NCBI GenBank assembly: GCA_964658305.1
Contig: OZ210885.1
Coordinates: 4,650,001 to 4,714,000, forward strand
Reading direction: 5' to 3'
Length of the DNA stretch: 64,000 nucleotides
Source: Leptogorgia sarmentosa
Taxonomy: Eukaryota
Shown here in pieces: positions 59,401 to 64,000 of the stretch. A program made the translations under genes and the position numbers. Numbering within the stretch: the first letter of the stretch is position 1; each line of letters opens with the position of its first letter. Under the pieces are notes generated by a model. The model saw only the letters and a list, made by a program, of their open reading frames with translations, was not told the DNA's origin and did no database searches.

Positions 59401-62400
59401 TTTTACCACAACAGAACAGTTTTAGCCCATCACTGTACAAAATTCTTGTCTCACAAAGTTACAGATAATTTCCCTGGCATTGGATGTTGTACAATAAGGA
59501 AGTACAGTACAAAGTTCTAGTCAGTTGCGTAACGCTACCTCAGGTGGCTTCCGGTCAATTGGGCAATAAAGAATAGACTGGTCGGGCATAATTAGACGCT
59601 AAATACTGAAAAAGCTCATGAGAGACATTGACACTTCGTCGCAGTACATAATCACATTTTTGCATGGTAAGAAGCACAGCACAGCTAATGTTTAACACTA
59701 ATTCCACAATATCAACAGAATGACAACTCAGACCAGGACCTATTTTAATGTGCAGTATTAAATAATAAGTGTGCAGTATTGAATACAAAACTGTGTAGTA
59801 TTGAAATTTGAGATTAAAAGTTTCAACTTTATATTAGATGTCCTGAGCAAACAAATGCACACGGAAAATTAAGTTCAGATTTCTAAAATGACTTTGCAAT
59901 AAATTAGCAAAGCCATATGGAGCAATTTATAGTTTGGCAAAATATTAGCCAAAGCAAGTTTCCAGTAAATCCAATAATAAATCTCCAGAAAGTCACAGTA
60001 CTTTGTGCAAATTTCGCCTTTATAAATTGAAATTTATATAACTTAAATGTTAAAACATGACGTCGCGTCGATATCGACATTTGGTCTGAAGTGTGCAGTA
60101 GGCCCTGACTCAGACGAAGTTGCAATCTGCGATCATAAAAAGTATGGATTCGATGTATCAAAGTTGTAGTCTTAATTAAAAGGTTTGCAAGACAACGTAA
60201 CAAAACGCTCGGTCACGATGTCCGCGCAAGACAATGAGTAGATGTCAGCAGTTTGCCTGGATAACGACCAGGGGTCGGTTGTATAAAACTCTTAACTACC
60301 CGTTTCGTAGTTAAATGGTAGTTAACTTTGACATACGCGTTTCTGATTGGTCAATTTTCGTACTTAACTATAGTTAACTTTAACTACGTCTTTATACAAC
60401 CGGCCCCAGTTGTCAAACGTGTATTCGACCGTCCCATATCGAAATTTTCACAACCTTAGGTACGCAGCACTTCTCCTTCGGATTCTCAGTGATCTCACCA
60501 AACTACAGTATCGGCACTTATAACTAGGAAAGCCATTGCCGAACTAGACTGATGAATTTTTTTTATTCAAGGTGGTGAAGTACCTGTTGATAAACTTCAG
60601 GCACTACAGAGAGTCCTCGAAAGTGAGTTCTGTACGTCAATTCGCGAGGTGTACGAGCATGTCTATGACACAGTTGACATTGGTGGAAGTCCCGAAGTTC
60701 GCGCTTCTGCTACCGCAAAGGTACGCTTGTATGAATGTTTCTGTGTCTCAAAGCCTTAAAACGCTTGGGCGATGTAATTTTCTCCAACGTCACTGATTCA
60801 AAGATCACTTTTAATCACCATAAGCCATTTCCGAATCGCGTTTGTTTTAGAAGGACAAAAAATATACAATGTGCCTAACCTAATATGGCATCTAGGAAGT
60901 TTTCCTAGCTTCTTAACGTTCTTTGTGCAGCCTGAGATGCAGCAATTATAATTGCGACATCTTTCAATATATATTTAGCTCGCTCTATAACTTGTTGTCC
61001 CCCTGAACATCAACTAGACCCAGTCCTTTGCTCGATTCTAACTACTGTACAGTACTGATGAACTAAAAAGTAGTAAAATCGCTAATGGCATATTAAGTTT
61101 GCTTTGTGTATGTATATAATCCCCAGCTTAGTGGGTGGTATAAGGTAGCGTTAACTGCAATACGTGCATCATTTTTACACGGCGTACGAATACATGCACG
61201 TATCGAACTTAGCCGATACGCGTGTTCATGCTATGATACGATACGATACGCGTAGAACGCAAAAAATTGTCAAGATATACGCGAGCGGTACTGTACATGC
61301 AAGATCATGTACATGTAATAGCACGAACTGATCGGTTGCCATATATTATTTTTACCTGAATTCCAAACATTTCTCAGCGAGGGTACTGTGCCATATTGCC
61401 CAAAGTTACTTAGCTGGTATGCATGCAGAAATTCTTTTCTCTCAGGTTGTGCTCCCAGGCAGAAGTTAAGTATTTTTCCGAGTCTACCTGGCTAACTGCA
61501 GTATTTTTGTCTACTTTGACGTCTAGGCAACCGTAGCTGCGTTTGCAGCCAGTGAAGGCTACGCTTATCCAAGAGTTGTGGAGATTCCAAAGGTAACTAC
61601 ACGATTACGTTTTTCTGCTAGAAGGCAAACTAGGGCGAAAGAGATCGTTTGTCTGGTAGTTCGTCAGTGTATGAACATGGACAAAAAGGCTGTTCATCCC
61701 TGTAGACTAACTACTATACAGTATATACGTAATGAAATCTTTGCATGACGCGTCACAAGACTGACTCAGTGAACTCTATGATACCTGGAACGAGAACGCT
61801 CAGTCATCTGTAGCCGCGAAAAAGCTGCTAACGTTTCAGGCTCACTTCAATTTGGATATCAGATTCAGGCCCCTTTCATCCATTCACGCCATCACGGGCA
61901 ATTTGGACGTCAGCACTTTCGGCTTCACTTTTTTGCCGCAGGCTATATCATTCCAGCTAGATATTCTGAAATATAGAGATCCCTGGGCTGCCCGCGTTGT
62001 TCGCGTAATCAATATCGCTCAAAAGTTAGTACTGCAGCATTCTAATAACAAGTATAAGTAATAAATACACGTACATATTCATTGACACACAATAGAGAAC
62101 CATTAAATACTAGCTACGCTATTACATGTACTGTACGTCAACTGCCACCTCATAGTTCGAATGAAAGTGACAACTTTTGATTTCAAAACTTGTTTACGTA
62201 TATCAAAACGGTATTTTCAAATTTATAGAACGACGAAGGACTGGGCTTTAACGTGATGGGCGGAAAGGAGCAATCATCACCAATTTACATATCTCGAATT
62301 ATTCCTGGAGGAGTCGCAGACAGGTATGCACATCGAGTGAAGTGCCATAAAACGGTTGATAGTAATTTGTACTTTTTTTTATTCTCCTTAATTTGGAACT

Positions 62401-63956
62401 TCTACTCGCTGCCTAGATGATACAATAAGATTCGATGTTTCAAACAGCAAAGGCCCTTCGTCGTAGTAGAATAATAAAAGTACAAGATATTAAACTAATG
62501 ATTATATGTCTGGAATAAATACCGCACACCAGGGCCTGTTCTAAGGAATTTCAACACTGCACACTTCAGACCAAATATCGATATCGACGTTATCTGGTGA
62601 CGTCATGTTTAACGTTTAAGTTATATAAATTTCAATTTATAAAGGCGAAATTTGCACAAAGTACTGTGACTTTCTAGAGATTTAATATTGGATTTACTGC
62701 AAACTTGCTGTGGCTAATACAGCAAGTCTTTACAATTTCGCCTTTGCAGAGTTATTTTAGAAATCTGACTCATTTTTTCGTGTAACACTGGTTGATTGAT
62801 TACAGATCTGGAAAAAGTCATCTTAGAGCTTATTAATCAAACTAAAGCTTATTATGCCGTACTGTGACAACAGAGAACACTCCTCCTCCCAGTGAGTTTT
62901 GCTGTCCTGGAGAAACACAAATGACCGAAATGAAACTAAAATGTTGACCGGACCACAAAGTGTTACGAACATTGTTTTTAATGACTTTATTTTGCATAAA
63001 ACGTTTGTTGTCAACAAGAAATTTACATTATATTTTCGAAGATAAATTTTATTCCTTTGGAGTATTTTTATTGGCAGCGAGAGTGTTTTATGTACAAAGT
63101 CAGAACAAACTGCGATCTAACCAAGTCATATAATAAATCCCTACCTCTGTATGTGTGCGAATTTTATCGCTTATCCCTGCTTCTTCGTCACTCGGTTTGT
63201 AGCGAAAACCTCAGGCAATACTGTACTTTCCCGTACAGACATAACACTCGGTTAATAAATCCTTGTTATTAATCTTTGCTCCAAACATTTAGGTAGTGAG
63301 TAGAACTTTTGTGGATTTTTTGATGCTGTTATGCGCTACCTACATTTGCCACATACTGAATTTTGGATATCAACATTGTCTTAACTTTATGTAATGATAC
63401 TTTCTAGGCATGGTGCTCTGAAACGCGGGGATCAACTACTGTCAGTAAATGGCGTGGTAATGTATCGTTGATATTTGTCTATTCCATAGTCCATACAGGG
63501 TATACCACGTACATGTACGTACGTATAACTCATAACAGGGATATGCGTAGGTGTCGTAAGTATTCTGAAGGTTGCATCATCGTCGTTCTTTCCCACGGTC
63601 ATGGCCCCTTTGCGGCTTGTCTGCACTTTGTCGACATACACTCCATCGTGATGACCAATTTTTTTAACCTTTTTATCCGCAGAGCGTCGAAGGAGAGAAC
63701 CACGAGAAAGCTGTCGACCTTCTCAAAGCCGCTGAAGGTACAGTAATGCAGAAACGCGGACTAACAGTTTAGCTTTCATTGGTTTGGTTTTCAGTGCTTA
63801 TAGAAGAAATAAATATAATGAATTATGAAAACTCTTCACTTAAGTGAAAACGCTGTATTTTTTATTGTATAGTTGCACGCTTTTTGTAGTTTTATTTCAA
63901 TTTTTCGTTTTTTATTCCAGGAAAAGTCAGACTGGTTGTGAAATATACCCCTAAAT
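56010..63956 (+). CDS. LIN7: Protein lin-7 homolog (L27 + PDZ; Veli/MALS), 3'-partial
   Basis: Exons 56010-56052 (or duplicate 56332-56374), 58416-58457, 60572-60720, 61527-61592, 62229-62323, 63408-63456, 63683-63737 and 63921-63956. The window ends on the next acceptor. Protein: [178 protein letters not shown]. Confidence 0.96.
57765..57885. repeat. Palindromic hairpin repeat with aggcgaagccgag centre
   Basis: gtgcaatggtaagaatattttcat...atgaaaatattcttaccattgcac. A similar centre (gagacgaagtcgag) occurs at about 16183. Confidence 0.8.
59858..60100. repeat. Interspersed repeat; inverted copy at 62556-62782
   Basis: agaaagtcacagtactttgtgcaaatttcgcctttataaattgaaatttatataacttaaa has an exact reverse complement at about 62616-62676. 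Confidence 0.9.
60272..60406. mobile_element. Harbinger-like MITE (family of 2427-2562)
   Basis: TIR gggtcggttgtataaa / tttatacaaccggccc with CAG duplication. Confidence 0.8.
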
Positions 63957-64000
63957 GTAAGTATAAATCAATGTGTCATAATGTATCATTCCCCTTTCAG

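Overview
AT-rich, intron-containing animal DNA. The repeat families and gene architecture suggest a cnidarian or other marine invertebrate (inference). Reading the exons by hand gives three protein-coding genes. (1) A complete 7-exon stomatin gene (+, 1250-6951, 277 aa), with an inverted stomatin pseudo-exon upstream that is split by a hAT-type element. (2) A giant minus-strand type-I membrane receptor gene (53 coding exons traced, about 3,500 aa, 40311->7812; first/signal-peptide exon not found). Its order is ricin-type beta-trefoil, SUEL lectin, degenerate SRCR, F5/8 type C, nine tandem [FN3-FN3-RPTP-like membrane-proximal FN3] modules, a TM helix and a short tail ending YENRAF...DTKL*, with no phosphatase domain. 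One repeat exon is interrupted by a 2.77-kb CACTA/EnSpm-like element whose terminus supplies a splice donor. (3) A lin-7 gene (+, from 56010, running off the window end) with a tandemly duplicated first exon. Also present: a tRNA-Lys(CUU) gene, an intact young BEL/Pao LTR retrotransposon about 1 kb from it whose primer-binding site matches that same tRNA, a Crypton-type (DUF3504) fossil, and many MITEs. All gene models are manual and have no RNA support here.
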